From Gemmatimonadaceae bacterium (GTDB taxonomy: Bacteria; Gemmatimonadota; Gemmatimonadetes; Gemmatimonadales; Gemmatimonadaceae): a stretch of DNA of 64,000 nt. Location of the stretch: contig DASRHU010000052.1 of NCBI GenBank assembly GCA_035650335.1, positions 17,043 to 81,042 of the forward strand, read 5' to 3'. The stretch's first letter is position 1, and every line of letters begins with the position of its first letter. Under the pieces are notes generated by a model. It saw only the letters and a program-made list of their open reading frames with translations. It did no database searches and was not told the DNA's origin. Positions 37,338 to 46,796 of this stretch are shown here, in pieces. The position numbers and the translations under genes were made by a program.

Positions 37338-38441
37338 ATGGCTCCGCGAGTGCTGGTCGCCATGTCGGGCGGCGTCGATTCATCCGTGGCCGCGGCGCTC
37401 CTCGTGGAGCGCGGATACGACGTCGTCGGCGCGACGATGAAGCTGTTCTGTTACGGCGACGACGTCCCCGATCGCCCGTGCTGCTCGCTCGACTCGATCG
37501 ATGACGCGCGACGCGTGTGCGAGCGACTTGGCGTTCCCCATTACGTCCTCAATCTCGAGAGCGCGTTCGGGCACGACGTGATCGAGAATTTCGTGAGTGA
37601 GTACGCCCAGGGACGCACCCCCATTCCCTGTGTCCGCTGCAACACCTTCACGAAATTTCGCGACCTCCTTCGCAAGGCCGACGCGATCGACGCCGACTTC
37701 ATCGCGACCGGTCACTACGCTCGCGTCGTGGACGGCGAGCTCCTGCGCGCGCGCGATGCGGACAAGGATCAGACCTACTTTCTGTGGGGAATCGACCGGG
37801 ATGTCGTGCGGCGGATGCTGCTTCCGGTCGGCGATCTGACGAAGGCGGAAACGCGCGCCCGCGCCCGGGCGCTCGGTCTCGACGTGGTCGCCGGGAAGCC
37901 CGAGAGCCAGGACATCTGCTTCGTTCCCGACGGAAATCACGTGCGCGTGCTGGAGCGGCGCCTGGGAGCCGGCGCCCCGGCGCTCGCATCCGGGCCGATC
38001 CTCACCCTCGACGGCCGGATCGTCGGGCGACACGAGGGCTTCGCGCGCTATACCATTGGGCAGCGCCGCGGACTTCCCGGCGGTTTCCCCGTGCCGATGT
38101 ACGTCGTCGCCATTCGGCCGTCCGATCGCGGGGTCGTGATCGGGCCACGTGACGCGCTCCTCGGTCGCGGCGTGGTTGCGCGCGGCGTGAACTGGCTCGT
38201 CGACGAGCCGCCACCAGTGGGAGCGCAGGTCGCGGTGCAGGTGCGTCATCGCGCGGCGGCGGCGCCGGCCGAGATCATTCGGTCGGACGGAGACGAAATC
38301 GAGCTCGCCCTCGACGTGCCGGTTGCGGCGATCACGCCCGGGCAGTCGCTGGTGATCTACGAGGGCCCTCGGGTACTCGGCGGTGGATTCATCGAGCGCG
38401 CCCACGGGCAGCGCCCCACGCTCCCGGTGCTCGCCGCCTAA
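37338..38441 (+). CDS. mnmA: tRNA 2-thiouridine(34) synthase
   Basis: 367 aa: PP-loop [43 protein letters not shown]-type region, [16 protein letters not shown]. Confidence 0.93.
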   Translation: MAPRVLVAMSGGVDSSVAAALLVERGYDVVGATMKLFCYGDDVPDRPCCSLDSIDDARRVCERLGVPHYVLNLESAFGHDVIENFVSEYAQGRTPIPCVRCNTFTKFRDLLRKADAIDADFIATGHYARVVDGELLRARDADKDQTYFLWGIDRDVVRRMLLPVGDLTKAETRARARALGLDVVAGKPESQDICFVPDGNHVRVLERRLGAGAPALASGPILTLDGRIVGRHEGFARYTIGQRRGLPGGFPVPMYVVAIRPSDRGVVIGPRDALLGRGVVARGVNWLVDEPPPVGAQVAVQVRHRAAAAPAEIIRSDGDEIELALDVPVAAITPGQSLVIYEGPRVLGGGFIERAHGQRPTLPVLAA

Positions 38442-38442
38442 C

Positions 38443-38464
38443 TACTGACGCGCCGACGTCAGTA
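38443..38464. terminator. Small hairpin between convergent mnmA and dnaJ (8-bp stem)
   Basis: tactgacg cgccga cgtcagta. It overlaps the dnaJ stop codon and has no clear T-tract. Confidence 0.35.
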
Positions 38465-39598
38465 CTTCAGGCCCCCTGCTTCGGCGAACTCCTTCATCAG
38501 TCGTTCCTGCTCCTCGGAGAGCGTGGGCGGCACGATCACGTCCACCTCGACGATGAGATCGCCGCGCTGTCCCGATCGCTCGATTCCCTGGCCTCGCACG
38601 CGGAAGCGCTTCCCCGGCGGCGTCCCCGGAGGGATCTTGATCGTGACCTTCTTCCCGTCGAGCGTCCGAACGGCTATGCGGGAGCCTAACGTGGCCTGCG
38701 CGATGTTGAGGGGCACCTTCGCCACCAGGTCGTTGCCCTCGCGCTGAAAGAACCGATCGGGCTCGACCTGGAAGGTGATGAAGAGATCGCCCGGCGGTCC
38801 CCCGCTCGGCCCTTTTCCCCCCTGCCCCGAGAGGCGCAGCCGCGTTCCGGTGTCCACGCCCGGAGGCACGGTGATCATCACCGTCTTGCGAACGCGCTTG
38901 TCGCCGGCGCCGCCGCACTCCGGGCATCGCTCGGAGGGCACCTGCTTTCGGCCGAGGCACATCGGGCATGGACGGCTCACGGCGAACCCGCCCTGACCGA
39001 ACGTGACGTTGCCACGCCCATGACATTCCGGGCACGTTCGGAAAGTCGCTCCGGGCGCACCCCCGGACCCGTGGCAGGTGGGGCACTCCTCATTCACCTC
39101 GAGCTGAACCGGAACCTTGCCGCCGAGCGCGGCGACGCGGAACGGAATCGAGAGCGTCGCCTCCACGTCCTGGCCGCGCTCGGGCCCGGTCTGCCGCCCC
39201 CGCGCATTCGCACCACCCCCGAACATCGAGCTGAAAAGATCGCCGAGGCCGCCGAGGCCGCCAATGTCGATGTCCTCGAAGCGGAAGCCGCCGGTCGTGC
39301 CGCCCGGGGCGCCCGCCCCACCCGGCCGGGCGCCGCCGAATCCACCCCCGCCGCGGTGGGCGAAATCGCCGAACGCGCCGAGGCGACGCATGTCGTCGTA
39401 CTGTTTGCGCTTCTCGGCGTCGCCAAGGACGTTGTAGGCTTCCGAGATCTCCTTGAATCGCTCGGCAGCCTTCGGATCGTCGCGGTTGGCGTCGGGGTGC
39501 CACTTCTTCGCGAGGCGGCGATACTGCTTCTTGATGTCGTCCTGCGAGGCGGACGCCGAGACGCCCAGGACCGCGTAGTAGTCCTTCGTCTGGGCCAT
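38459..39598 (-). CDS. dnaJ: Molecular chaperone DnaJ
   Basis: J domain (DYYAVLGV...HPD), G/F-rich linker, four C..C.G.G zinc-finger repeats ([32 protein letters not shown]), and a C-terminal substrate-binding domain. Confidence 0.9.
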   Translation of the reverse strand: MAQTKDYYAVLGVSASASQDDIKKQYRRLAKKWHPDANRDDPKAAERFKEISEAYNVLGDAEKRKQYDDMRRLGAFGDFAHRGGGGFGGARPGGAGAPGGTTGGFRFEDIDIGGLGGLGDLFSSMFGGGANARGRQTGPERGQDVEATLSIPFRVAALGGKVPVQLEVNEECPTCHGSGGAPGATFRTCPECHGRGNVTFGQGGFAVSRPCPMCLGRKQVPSERCPECGGAGDKRVRKTVMITVPPGVDTGTRLRLSGQGGKGPSGGPPGDLFITFQVEPDRFFQREGNDLVAKVPLNIAQATLGSRIAVRTLDGKKVTIKIPPGTPPGKRFRVRGQGIERSGQRGDLIVEVDVIVPPTLSEEQERLMKEFAEAGGLKY

Positions 39599-39615
39599 GA
39601 GTGCCTAACGCCGCA

Positions 39616-40272
39616 TCACTGCGACCACTGTCGGACCACGACGCGCGCCGGCCGGAGCAGCTGGCCACCGAATCGATACCCGCGCTGAAACACCTGCGAG
39701 ACGACGTGGTCGTCCTCGGGTGAGAGGGCCGGCTCGGTCGCTACCGCCTCGTGAAACGCCGGATCGAAGGTCTGGTTCACCGGATCGATCACCTCGAGGC
39801 CGGCGGCGGTGAGCGACTTCAACAGCTTCTTGGTCACGAGATCGACGCCGTTCACGAGGGTCTGCGCGTCCGTCGACGCCGGATCGACCGCGATGACGCG
39901 CCCCAGATCGTCCAGCGAGTCGACGATGTGCCTGACGAGCTCACCCTGGGCGCGCGATCCCGCCTCAGCGCGCTCGCGCATGGTGCGCTTGCGATAGTTG
40001 TCGAACTCCGCCGCCAGGCGCAGGTACTTGTCCCGCAGCTCGGCCATCACACGGCCGGCTTCTCCCTCCACCTGGGCGTCAGCCTGCCGCCCGTCATCAT
40101 CGGTCGCGGATGCGGCCGAGCCACCCGGCGCGCGCGATCCGCTCTGGGACGCGTCATCGTCGGGAACGCCGTCGCCCTGGGGCGCGGCGCTCGCCGCAAC
40201 CTCGTCGTTGCGCTCCATTTGCTCACGTGCCGTCTTGTCGGCACCGGATCTCACGTCATCTCGCACAGTCAA
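39616..40272 (-). CDS. grpE: Nucleotide exchange factor GrpE
   Basis: 218 aa: LRDKYLRLAAEFDNYRKRTMRE...FDPAFHEAV...VVSQVFQRGYRFGGQLLRPARVVV. The track start is a TTG, so the N-terminus is uncertain. Confidence 0.88.
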   Translation of the reverse strand: MTVRDDVRSGADKTAREQMERNDEVAASAAPQGDGVPDDDASQSGSRAPGGSAASATDDDGRQADAQVEGEAGRVMAELRDKYLRLAAEFDNYRKRTMRERAEAGSRAQGELVRHIVDSLDDLGRVIAVDPASTDAQTLVNGVDLVTKKLLKSLTAAGLEVIDPVNQTFDPAFHEAVATEPALSPEDDHVVSQVFQRGYRFGGQLLRPARVVVRQWSQ

Positions 40273-40377
40273 CCTCGTTCCGTTGCGGTGGCGCGCCGCT
40301 CATCCGCCCGCTGCGCGCACCTCGTAACATTCGCCTGAGAGGCGCAGACGGGCAACTGGCGCGCCGAGGCTTCGAGG

Positions 40378-41625
40378 TCACCCCAACATGCGCCGAACGA
40401 GGTCGAGCGCCCCCTGTGCGGCGCGCTGGCGAATCTCCTCCCGATTCCCTGGATAGACGCGATGAACCGCGCGGACCCTGCCATCGACGTCGACCGCTGT
40501 CCAAACGAGGCCAACGGGCTTCTCCGCGGTCCCACCGCCCGGTCCGGCGATGCCGGTGATCGCGATCCCGATACGTGCCTCCGAGACGCGCCGAATTCCG
40601 GCCACCATTTCACGAGCGGCCTCTTCGCTCACCGCACCGTGCGTCCGGATCACGGCTCGCTGCACGCCGAGCAGGCGGATCTTCACCTCATCATCGTACG
40701 CGATGATTCCGCCGAGGAATACGTCGCTGCTGCCGGGAATCGCCGTCAAGCGACCCCCAAGCAGCCCGCCGGTGCAGCTCTCGGCAACGGCCAGGCGCAG
40801 ACCCCGTTCGCGCGCGCGGTGGAGAACGACCTCGGCAAGGTCGGTCTCGCCCTCGCCGTACAGGTGCTCGGCGACGACCGTCTTCAGCTCGGCGACGGCG
40901 TCCTCGAGCAGAGCGCCCGCGGCTTCATCGGTCATGCCGCGCGTCGTCAGGCGCAAGTCAATCCCGGCCACGCTCGGAAGATACGCCAGCGGAATTCCGC
41001 GCAACGATCTCGCGCGATCCCCCAGAAGGTCGGCGAGATGCGACTCGGAGATGCCGGCGCAGCGCAGCGTGCGCGAGCGCACGACCTCGCGCGCTTCACC
41101 GAGCAGTGCGCGAAGCTCCGGCACCAGGACATCTTCCGTCATCCCGCGCACTTCGCGAGGGACGCCGGGGAGCATCGCGACCCACCGTCCGCGGTCATCC
41201 TCGAGCCACACTCCCGGCGCCGAGCCGTGTCGGTTTTCGAGAATTCGTGCTCCTTCGGGGATGAGCGCTTGCTGTCTGTTGGAGGCAGGCATCGGCCCCT
41301 TGAAGCCGTAGACGCGGAATCGCTCCTGGATCATCGCGACGACGTCCTCGCGCATCTCGAGGCGCCGGCCGAACAGCGCGGCGATCGCTGGCTTCGTCAG
41401 GTCGTCGGCGGTTGGCCCGAGCCCACCGGTCGTGACGACCGCACCGGTGCGATCGAGCGCTTCGCGAACGGCGGCGGCGATGGCATCGGCGTCGTCCCCA
41501 ACCGACGCGCGCCGCGCGATCTCGATGCCATGCTCGGCGAGCGCCCGAGCGAGAAAGGCGGCGTTCGTGTCGGTGGTGAACCCGAGCAGGAGCTCGTCGC
41601 CGATCGTGATGATCTCGATCTTCAT
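40378..41625 (-). CDS. cinA: CinA-family protein (MoCF-binding domain plus nicotinamide-nucleotide amidase PncC domain)
   Basis: 415 aa: MKIEIITIGDELLLG...NTNAAFLA...VVTTGGLGPTADDLT at the N-terminus, and ESCTGGLLG...GGIIAYDDEVK in the C-terminal domain. Confidence 0.9.
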   Translation of the reverse strand: MKIEIITIGDELLLGFTTDTNAAFLARALAEHGIEIARRASVGDDADAIAAAVREALDRTGAVVTTGGLGPTADDLTKPAIAALFGRRLEMREDVVAMIQERFRVYGFKGPMPASNRQQALIPEGARILENRHGSAPGVWLEDDRGRWVAMLPGVPREVRGMTEDVLVPELRALLGEAREVVRSRTLRCAGISESHLADLLGDRARSLRGIPLAYLPSVAGIDLRLTTRGMTDEAAGALLEDAVAELKTVVAEHLYGEGETDLAEVVLHRARERGLRLAVAESCTGGLLGGRLTAIPGSSDVFLGGIIAYDDEVKIRLLGVQRAVIRTHGAVSEEAAREMVAGIRRVSEARIGIAITGIAGPGGGTAEKPVGLVWTAVDVDGRVRAVHRVYPGNREEIRQRAAQGALDLVRRMLG

Positions 41626-41634
41626 GGAGCCAAG

Positions 41635-41712
41635 GTGATCGAGGTGGTCGAGGTCGTCGAGGGTGTCGAGGTGGACCTCGACACCGTCGACACCCTTGAC
41701 ACCCTTGACACC
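41635..41712. repeat. Palindromic element: arms of four 9-nt GTNGTCGAG units, 4-nt loop
   Basis: gtgatcgag gtggtcgag gtcgtcgag ggtgtcgag g tgga c ctcgacacc gtcgacacc cttgacacc cttgacacc. It has a perfect 10-bp core plus periodic mismatches. It fills the pgsA-stop to cinA-start gap, ending 9 nt before the cinA ATG. Confidence 0.9.
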
Positions 41713-41713
41713 C

Positions 41714-42430
41714 TCAGTCTCGAAACACGCCCCAATACCGCCGCAAATACAGCCACATCGACCAAAGCGTCAGCGCGACGGCGACCATCATTGTCGTCAC
41801 GCCGGCGAGGCCGTTGAAGTAGGCGTACACGCGCCAGGCGGACGATGTCCACCGCTCGTCGGCGGCAAGCGTGGCTGCGCCGAACCAGAAGAAGGCAATT
41901 CCCACCCAGGTCCACTGGAAGCCGGTCTTCACCTTTGCCGGCCCGATGGCGGCAATCACGACATCGCGTCGCGCGGCCGCCTGGCGGAAGAGCGTCATGA
42001 AGAGCTCGCGGCCCAGCACGATGGCGAGGATCCACCAGGGGAGGCCGACGGGACCCCAGGGCGTAAGGAAAGGAAAGGCCGCGCCCTGACTCCCTCCCTC
42101 TCGCGACATGGGACCGAGCACGCCGTCCACGAGCGGCGTCCGATGCGGCGAGATGAGCGACGCGTCCCACCCATTTCCGGCGAGCATGAACATCGGGACG
42201 AACGTCGCCAGCAGGAGCAGCTTGTCGGCGAGCGGGTCGAGCAGTGTGCCGAGTCGCGTGACGAGGTTCCGGCTGCGCGCCAGCCGGCCGTCCCAGTAAT
42301 CGGTGACGGCGACGACGATGAAGAGAATGAACGCCGCGAAACGGAGCGACCACGATGGCGAAAAGGGCAACAGCGCCACCAGCGGCGAGATGGCGATGCG
42401 ACCGACCGTCAGGGTGTTCGGGAGGTTCAT
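41714..42430 (-). CDS. pgsA: CDP-alcohol phosphatidyltransferase (PgsA-like)
   Basis: 238 aa with the motif DYWDGRLARSRNLVTRLGTLLDPLADK (D.2DG.2AR.8G.3D.3D) and a multi-pass membrane profile. It is longer than a typical PgsA. Confidence 0.8.
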   Translation of the reverse strand: MNLPNTLTVGRIAISPLVALLPFSPSWSLRFAAFILFIVVAVTDYWDGRLARSRNLVTRLGTLLDPLADKLLLLATFVPMFMLAGNGWDASLISPHRTPLVDGVLGPMSREGGSQGAAFPFLTPWGPVGLPWWILAIVLGRELFMTLFRQAAARRDVVIAAIGPAKVKTGFQWTWVGIAFFWFGAATLAADERWTSSAWRVYAYFNGLAGVTTMMVAVALTLWSMWLYLRRYWGVFRD

Positions 42431-42488
42431 GTCTTCAGCGCGGAACGTGGACGCTTCTGCTCCTACGAGCCTGCGCGACCGGCCGGCA

Positions 42489-43166
42489 TTACGCCAGCGT
42501 CTTCAGCACCAGTTTCGAAACCGCCTTCAGAGTCTCGAACACGCCCTCCCCGGTGACGGCGACCGCTTCGAAATACGGTGCGCGCTCGACCCACTCTCCG
42601 CTCTGGATCTGCTCCACGAGATTCTCGCCGGCGTGATAGGGATCCGGGGTGACGCGCCGCCGCTGCGGGTCGGAGATCTCCCATCCCGGGTTCAGGCACG
42701 CCTGTAGCTCGGTGATGTTGGCGGCGTTGGGCAAATCCCGCTTGTTGTACTGGACGACGAACGGGATGCGCGTGAGATCGTAGCCGTACTCCTGCATGTT
42801 GTCGTACAAGTTCTGCATCGACTCCTGATTCGCTTCCATCCGCTCGACCTGCGAATCGGCGACGAAGACGATGCCGTCGACGCCCTTGAGAATGAGCTTC
42901 CGGCTGGCGTTGTAGTAGACCTGCCCGGGAACGGTGTAGAGGTGAAAGCGGGTCTTGAAGCCGCGAATCGTTCCGAGGTCGACCGGGAGGAAGTCGAAGA
43001 ACAGCGTGCGCTCGGTCTCCGTGGCGAGCGAGATGAGCTTCCCGCGGGTCGACGGATTCACCTTGCCGTACACGTGCTCGAGGTTGGTGGTCTTCCCACC
43101 GAGGCCCGGCCCGTAGTAGACGATTTTGCAGTTGATCTCGCGCGACGCGTAGTTGATCATCGACAT
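42489..43166 (-). CDS. mglA: Ras-like small GTPase MglA
   Basis: 225 aa. The N-terminal 150 aa closely match MglA as I recall it from Myxococcus ([67 protein letters not shown]). It carries an extra segment of about 35 aa before the last helix. Confidence 0.9.
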   Translation of the reverse strand: MSMINYASREINCKIVYYGPGLGGKTTNLEHVYGKVNPSTRGKLISLATETERTLFFDFLPVDLGTIRGFKTRFHLYTVPGQVYYNASRKLILKGVDGIVFVADSQVERMEANQESMQNLYDNMQEYGYDLTRIPFVVQYNKRDLPNAANITELQACLNPGWEISDPQRRRVTPDPYHAGENLVEQIQSGEWVERAPYFEAVAVTGEGVFETLKAVSKLVLKTLA

Positions 43167-43180
43167 GCCCGTTCCTCTCC

Positions 43181-43672
43181 TTACTGGAACAGTTTGTCGA
43201 TTTCATCCTCGGCGCCGGCCAGGATGTTCGGCTGCTCTTTCTTCTCGCCGCTTTGCGCCCGCTGGAACATCTGGTCGAAGAGTTTGCTCAGCTCATCCAC
43301 CGTCTGCTTCACTTTCAGCCTGACGAGTCCGAGGGTGGTGCGGTTGTCGAACAGGATGACGAGAATCACGCGGCGCGAAATGTCCGCGAGATACATCGAC
43401 TCCTGCTCACCCTGGTGAAAGAGCGAGCTGAACTCGGTTTCTCCAATGAGGCGGGCGAGCTGATCGTTGGCGCTGAAGTCAGCGGCGGTCAGCGTCGCGA
43501 AGGCGGTGGGGTCGAAGCGTGGCTGCTCGCCGACGGTGGCGACGAGCTGACCGGAGCGATCGACCAACAGCGCGCATCGGGCATTGCTGTCGTAGAGGAA
43601 CTGCTGAAGCGACCGCTGAATCGCGCCGAAATCATCCTCGGTGAACGACCAGCTTGCTGCACCAACGGGCAT
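43181..43672 (-). CDS. mglB: Roadblock/LC7-domain protein MglB (GAP of MglA)
   Basis: [48 protein letters not shown]... has a Roadblock fold pattern plus a charged C-terminal helix. It ends 14 nt upstream of mglA. The start is taken at the internal ATG. Confidence 0.8.
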   Translation of the reverse strand: MPVGAASWSFTEDDFGAIQRSLQQFLYDSNARCALLVDRSGQLVATVGEQPRFDPTAFATLTAADFSANDQLARLIGETEFSSLFHQGEQESMYLADISRRVILVILFDNRTTLGLVRLKVKQTVDELSKLFDQMFQRAQSGEKKEQPNILAGAEDEIDKLFQ

Positions 43673-43685
43673 TGTCGATGTCTGC

Positions 43686-43961
43686 CTAGGCGAGAGACGC
43701 TTCCATTTGGCGCAGGATGCGCAAACCACGGCGCCGGAGCTTGGCGTGCGTCTCCCAATTCACGTAATCGCGCAGGAGAAGGACGTTTTCCGGCGTATGT
43801 TGCCCGCGCAAATACCCCAAGGCCGCGAGCCGCCGCAGCTTGCGGCTGCTGAACAGGTCGCGGCGGTATCTGCGCGTCTGCTGACTCCAGACGATTAAGC
43901 CCACCAGGAGGCCACCAGCGAAGCCCCCCGCGAGATAGACGGTCCCGTCGCGGCTGCTCAC
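43686..43961 (-). CDS. Small hypothetical membrane protein (91 aa)
   Basis: One hydrophobic helix (VYLAGGFAGGLLVGLIVW) followed by a basic tail. ATGA overlap with the recR stop. Lies between recR and mglB. Confidence 0.5.
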   Translation of the reverse strand: MSSRDGTVYLAGGFAGGLLVGLIVWSQQTRRYRRDLFSSRKLRRLAALGYLRGQHTPENVLLLRDYVNWETHAKLRRRGLRILRQMEASLA

Positions 43962-44545
43962 ATGGCCCTCCGGGCACTCAACGCCTGGGCGATGGTCACG
44001 CCATCGGCGTACTCGAGATCCCCGCCAATCGGGATGCCGCGGGCGATCCGCGTGACCGTCGCCCCGTGAGGCGCGACTTGCCGCTGGACGTAGAGGGCCG
44101 TCGCTTCGCCCTCGAGACTCGGGTTCGTGGCGACGATCACCTCACGAACGCCGCCGGCTTCGATACGATCGATCAATTGGCGAATGGTCAGATCGTCAGG
44201 ACCGATGCCATCGAGCGGAGACAGGCGTCCACCGAGGACGTGATAGACGCCGCGAAATTCCCCTGCCCGCTCGATTGCCCCAATGTCCGATGCCTCCTCG
44301 ACAACGCAGATGACCGTGCGGTCTCGCCGCTGGTCGCGGCAAATCGCGCACGGGTCGGCCTCCGTCAGATTGAAGCAGACCGAGCACCGGTGAATACGGT
44401 CCGACAACTCCGAAAGCACCGTTGCAAGGCGCTTGCTCTGCTCCGGAGGTTGCTTCAGGAGGTGATACGTGAGTCGCAGCGCCGTCTTCCGACCGATGCC
44501 CGGAAGCTTCGCGAGCTCCGTGGCCAGGTCGTCGATCGCCGACAT
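43958..44545 (-). CDS. recR: Recombination protein RecR
   Basis: 195 aa with a helix-hairpin-helix (LPGIGRKTALRL), a C4 zinc finger (CSVCFNLTEADPCAIC) and a Toprim domain (ICVVEEASD). Confidence 0.95.
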   Translation of the reverse strand: MSAIDDLATELAKLPGIGRKTALRLTYHLLKQPPEQSKRLATVLSELSDRIHRCSVCFNLTEADPCAICRDQRRDRTVICVVEEASDIGAIERAGEFRGVYHVLGGRLSPLDGIGPDDLTIRQLIDRIEAGGVREVIVATNPSLEGEATALYVQRQVAPHGATVTRIARGIPIGGDLEYADGVTIAQALSARRAM

Positions 44546-44547
44546 CG

Positions 44548-44859
44548 CTAGAACGGCAGCTTGAAGGGAAGTCCGCCGGTGAGCTTGCGCATCTCTTCCT
44601 GCGCCAGGTCGGCCGCTTTCTTTTGCGCGTCGGCTACCGCGACGGCGATCAGATCCTCGAGCATCTCGATGTCGGACGGATTCACGACGCTCGGATCGAG
44701 CTTGACCGCGCGTACCTGCCCTTTGCCGTCGGCCGTGACGGACACCATCCCACCGCCGCTGACGCCGGTGACCGTCATGCCCGCCAGCTCATCCTGAATC
44801 TGCTGCAGCCGGCCCTGCATCTGCTGCGCCTGCTGCAGAATCTTGGTGATGTCGGCCAT
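44548..44859 (-). CDS. ybaB: YbaB/EbfC-family nucleoid-associated protein
   Basis: 103 aa: ILQQAQQMQGRLQQIQDELAGMTVTGVSGGGMVSVTADGKGQVRAVKLDPSVV. Confidence 0.9.
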   Translation of the reverse strand: MADITKILQQAQQMQGRLQQIQDELAGMTVTGVSGGGMVSVTADGKGQVRAVKLDPSVVNPSDIEMLEDLIAVAVADAQKKAADLAQEEMRKLTGGLPFKLPF

Positions 44860-44896
44860 AGACTGGGGAAATTATTCGGCGGGGCGGTGTTATACA

Positions 44897-44994
44897 ATGA
44901 GGAACGAGGACCGAGGACCGAGGAATTCGATACGGGAACGGCTCGCGCAATCGAGTTCCTCGGTCCTCGGTCCTCGTTCCTTCTCGTTCCTCAT
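44897..44994. repeat. Palindromic element: arms of GAGGACC-type heptads (4-5 units), 20-nt spacer
   Basis: Left arm atgaggaac gaggacc gaggacc gaggaat tcga (44897-44930). The right arm (44951-44994) is its reverse complement with a 10-nt insertion. Located between the dnaX stop (45000) and the ybaB start (44859). Confidence 0.9.
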
Positions 44995-44999
44995 TCCCG

Positions 45000-46676
45000 T
45001 CAGTCAAGCAGCTCCAGATCGAGCTCCTGAATCGCCGCATCGAGCGCCGGATCCTTCCGGCGTAGCATCTCCTCGCGCTCGCGACGCATCTGATCCTCGG
45101 TCAGACGCTTCGGGCCCGGAGCCGCCGGGGCGACGGCCGGTTCCTGCCTGCGGATCATCAACCTCGTTGCACCGTCGAACATCGTCGAGACGGCGGTCAG
45201 GACGTCGGCCGCGCCGCTTTCGATCACCTTCTCGAAGATCTCGTTCGGCTGCTCGAGCTGCAGCGTGATCGCGCCTTGCGAGGTGACCGCGGTCGGCAGC
45301 GCGTGCTCGAGCGCGGTCACCAGCATCGGCCGCCCAGCCGACCGCACGCGGGTCACGACGTCACCCCACCGCTCGCAGAGCGTGTTGAGCTCCAGGGTGG
45401 CACGCGCTGCAGCCGTCGGAGAAGGCTGCGCCACATCCGCCAGCGGAGGTGCAACGGGGGCCTCGGCGCGCCGGGACGACGGACGAGGCGCATCCGCCGC
45501 ACGCTTCGCCGGAGGGGAAGACGCCTCACGAGTGCCACCGCCGTCCCCGAGTCCTCGCAGGACATCCTCGATCTCCACGGTGCGGTCGAGGAGAGCGAAA
45601 CGGACGAGCAACGTCTCGAGGAGGAGCTGCTGCTGCGAGCTTTTCCGATAGTACGGCTCGAGCTCCGTGATGGCGCCGAGCATGCGCAGCAGGTCAGCCG
45701 GGGTGAATCGGTCGCGCCGGGCACGCAGGGCGGCCCGTGTCGTCTCCGACACATCCATCGGCTCTCCGCCGAGCACGACCGCGAGCTGCGCGCGGAGCAG
45801 ATCGGCGAGCCCGGCGAGGAAAATGGCGAAGTCGACACCGGCATCGGCCAGCCGGCCGACCGCGGGAAAGACGTCCGCGCCGCGGCGCTCGGCAATGACC
45901 TCGAGAAGCGACAGGTACTCGTCCTCCGGAAGGAGGCCGAGCGCGTCACGGACGGCGGAAGCCGTGAGGCGGCCGTCGCCCATGGAGAGGACCTGGTCGG
46001 TGAGCGAGAGCGCGTCACGCATCGACCCGTCGGCCGCGCGCGCGATCATGGCCAAGGCGTCCTCCTCGGCCTCCACCCCCTCGGCCGCGAGCACCGTCGT
46101 CAGGCGGGCGCGCACGTCGGCCGCCCCGATGCGTTTGAAGTCGAAACGCTGAAGCCGGCTCATCACCGGGGCCGCCGCCTGCGTGATCTTCTGCGGATCG
46201 GTGGTCGCGAACACGAAGATCACCCGCGGGGGTGGCTCCTCGAGGATCTTCAAGAGCGCGTTCCATGCCTCACGAGTGAGCATGTGCGCTTCGTCCACGA
46301 TGTACACCTTGAACCGCCCTTCCGCCGTGGGCGCGTACATTGCCCGCTCGCGCAGGTCGCGAGCGTCGTCGACACCGCGGTTGGACGCGGCGTCGATCTC
46401 AATGACGTCGAGGCTCGCCGCGCCGCTCCAGATGCGGGCACACGAGTCACACTGCCCGCACGGCTCCCCCTCGGGCGCCCCGCGATCGCAGTTGAGGGCC
46501 ATGGCCAGCACGCGCGCGAGCGTGGTTTTCCCTACACCCCGCGGGCCGCAGAGCAGATAGCCGTGCGCCACCCGGCCGCGCGCGATCGCGCCCTTGAGCG
46601 TATTCGAGACATGCGTCTGGACGGCGACGTCGGCGAATCGCTTCGGACGGTACTTGCGAGCGAGGGCGAGATACAT
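45000..46676 (-). CDS. dnaX: DNA polymerase III subunit gamma/tau
   Basis: The start is taken at MYLALARKYRPKRFADV. Walker A GPRGVGKTT, zinc module CGQCDSC, Walker B/SRC region DEAHML...NALLKILEEPP. Confidence 0.9.
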   Translation of the reverse strand: MYLALARKYRPKRFADVAVQTHVSNTLKGAIARGRVAHGYLLCGPRGVGKTTLARVLAMALNCDRGAPEGEPCGQCDSCARIWSGAASLDVIEIDAASNRGVDDARDLRERAMYAPTAEGRFKVYIVDEAHMLTREAWNALLKILEEPPPRVIFVFATTDPQKITQAAAPVMSRLQRFDFKRIGAADVRARLTTVLAAEGVEAEEDALAMIARAADGSMRDALSLTDQVLSMGDGRLTASAVRDALGLLPEDEYLSLLEVIAERRGADVFPAVGRLADAGVDFAIFLAGLADLLRAQLAVVLGGEPMDVSETTRAALRARRDRFTPADLLRMLGAITELEPYYRKSSQQQLLLETLLVRFALLDRTVEIEDVLRGLGDGGGTREASSPPAKRAADAPRPSSRRAEAPVAPPLADVAQPSPTAAARATLELNTLCERWGDVVTRVRSAGRPMLVTALEHALPTAVTSQGAITLQLEQPNEIFEKVIESGAADVLTAVSTMFDGATRLMIRRQEPAVAPAAPGPKRLTEDQMRREREEMLRRKDPALDAAIQELDLELLD

Positions 46677-46750
46677 GACCGGACGGAGGCTGCGTGGGTG
46701 CGCTGCACGTGGAGCGGCAGCGGAGGCTGGCAGACTCAAGATACGCCACC

Positions 46751-46796
46751 CAAACGGAAACGCGCGAGGCCGGACGATGTGTCCGGCACCCGCGCG
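46751..46796 (-). terminator. Hairpin plus T-rich tail directly after the SRP RNA
   Basis: Minus strand: CGCGCGGGTGCCGGAC ACAT CGTCCGGCCTCGCGCG followed by TTTCCGTTTGGG. The stem is imperfect and GC-rich. Confidence 0.5.

Noticed and set aside
40273-40377. Heat-shock control element (CIRCE, TTAGCACTC-N9-GAGTGCTAA) or sigma-32 promoter upstream of grpE-dnaJ
   Set aside because: I found no CIRCE-like inverted repeat and no convincing CTTGAA...CCCCAT pair by eye. The region stays unannotated.
45000-46676. Programmed frameshift or slippery run in dnaX producing a gamma subunit
   Set aside because: I saw no A AAA AAG-type heptamer or long A/T homopolymer in the coding strand, so it cannot be supported from the sequence.
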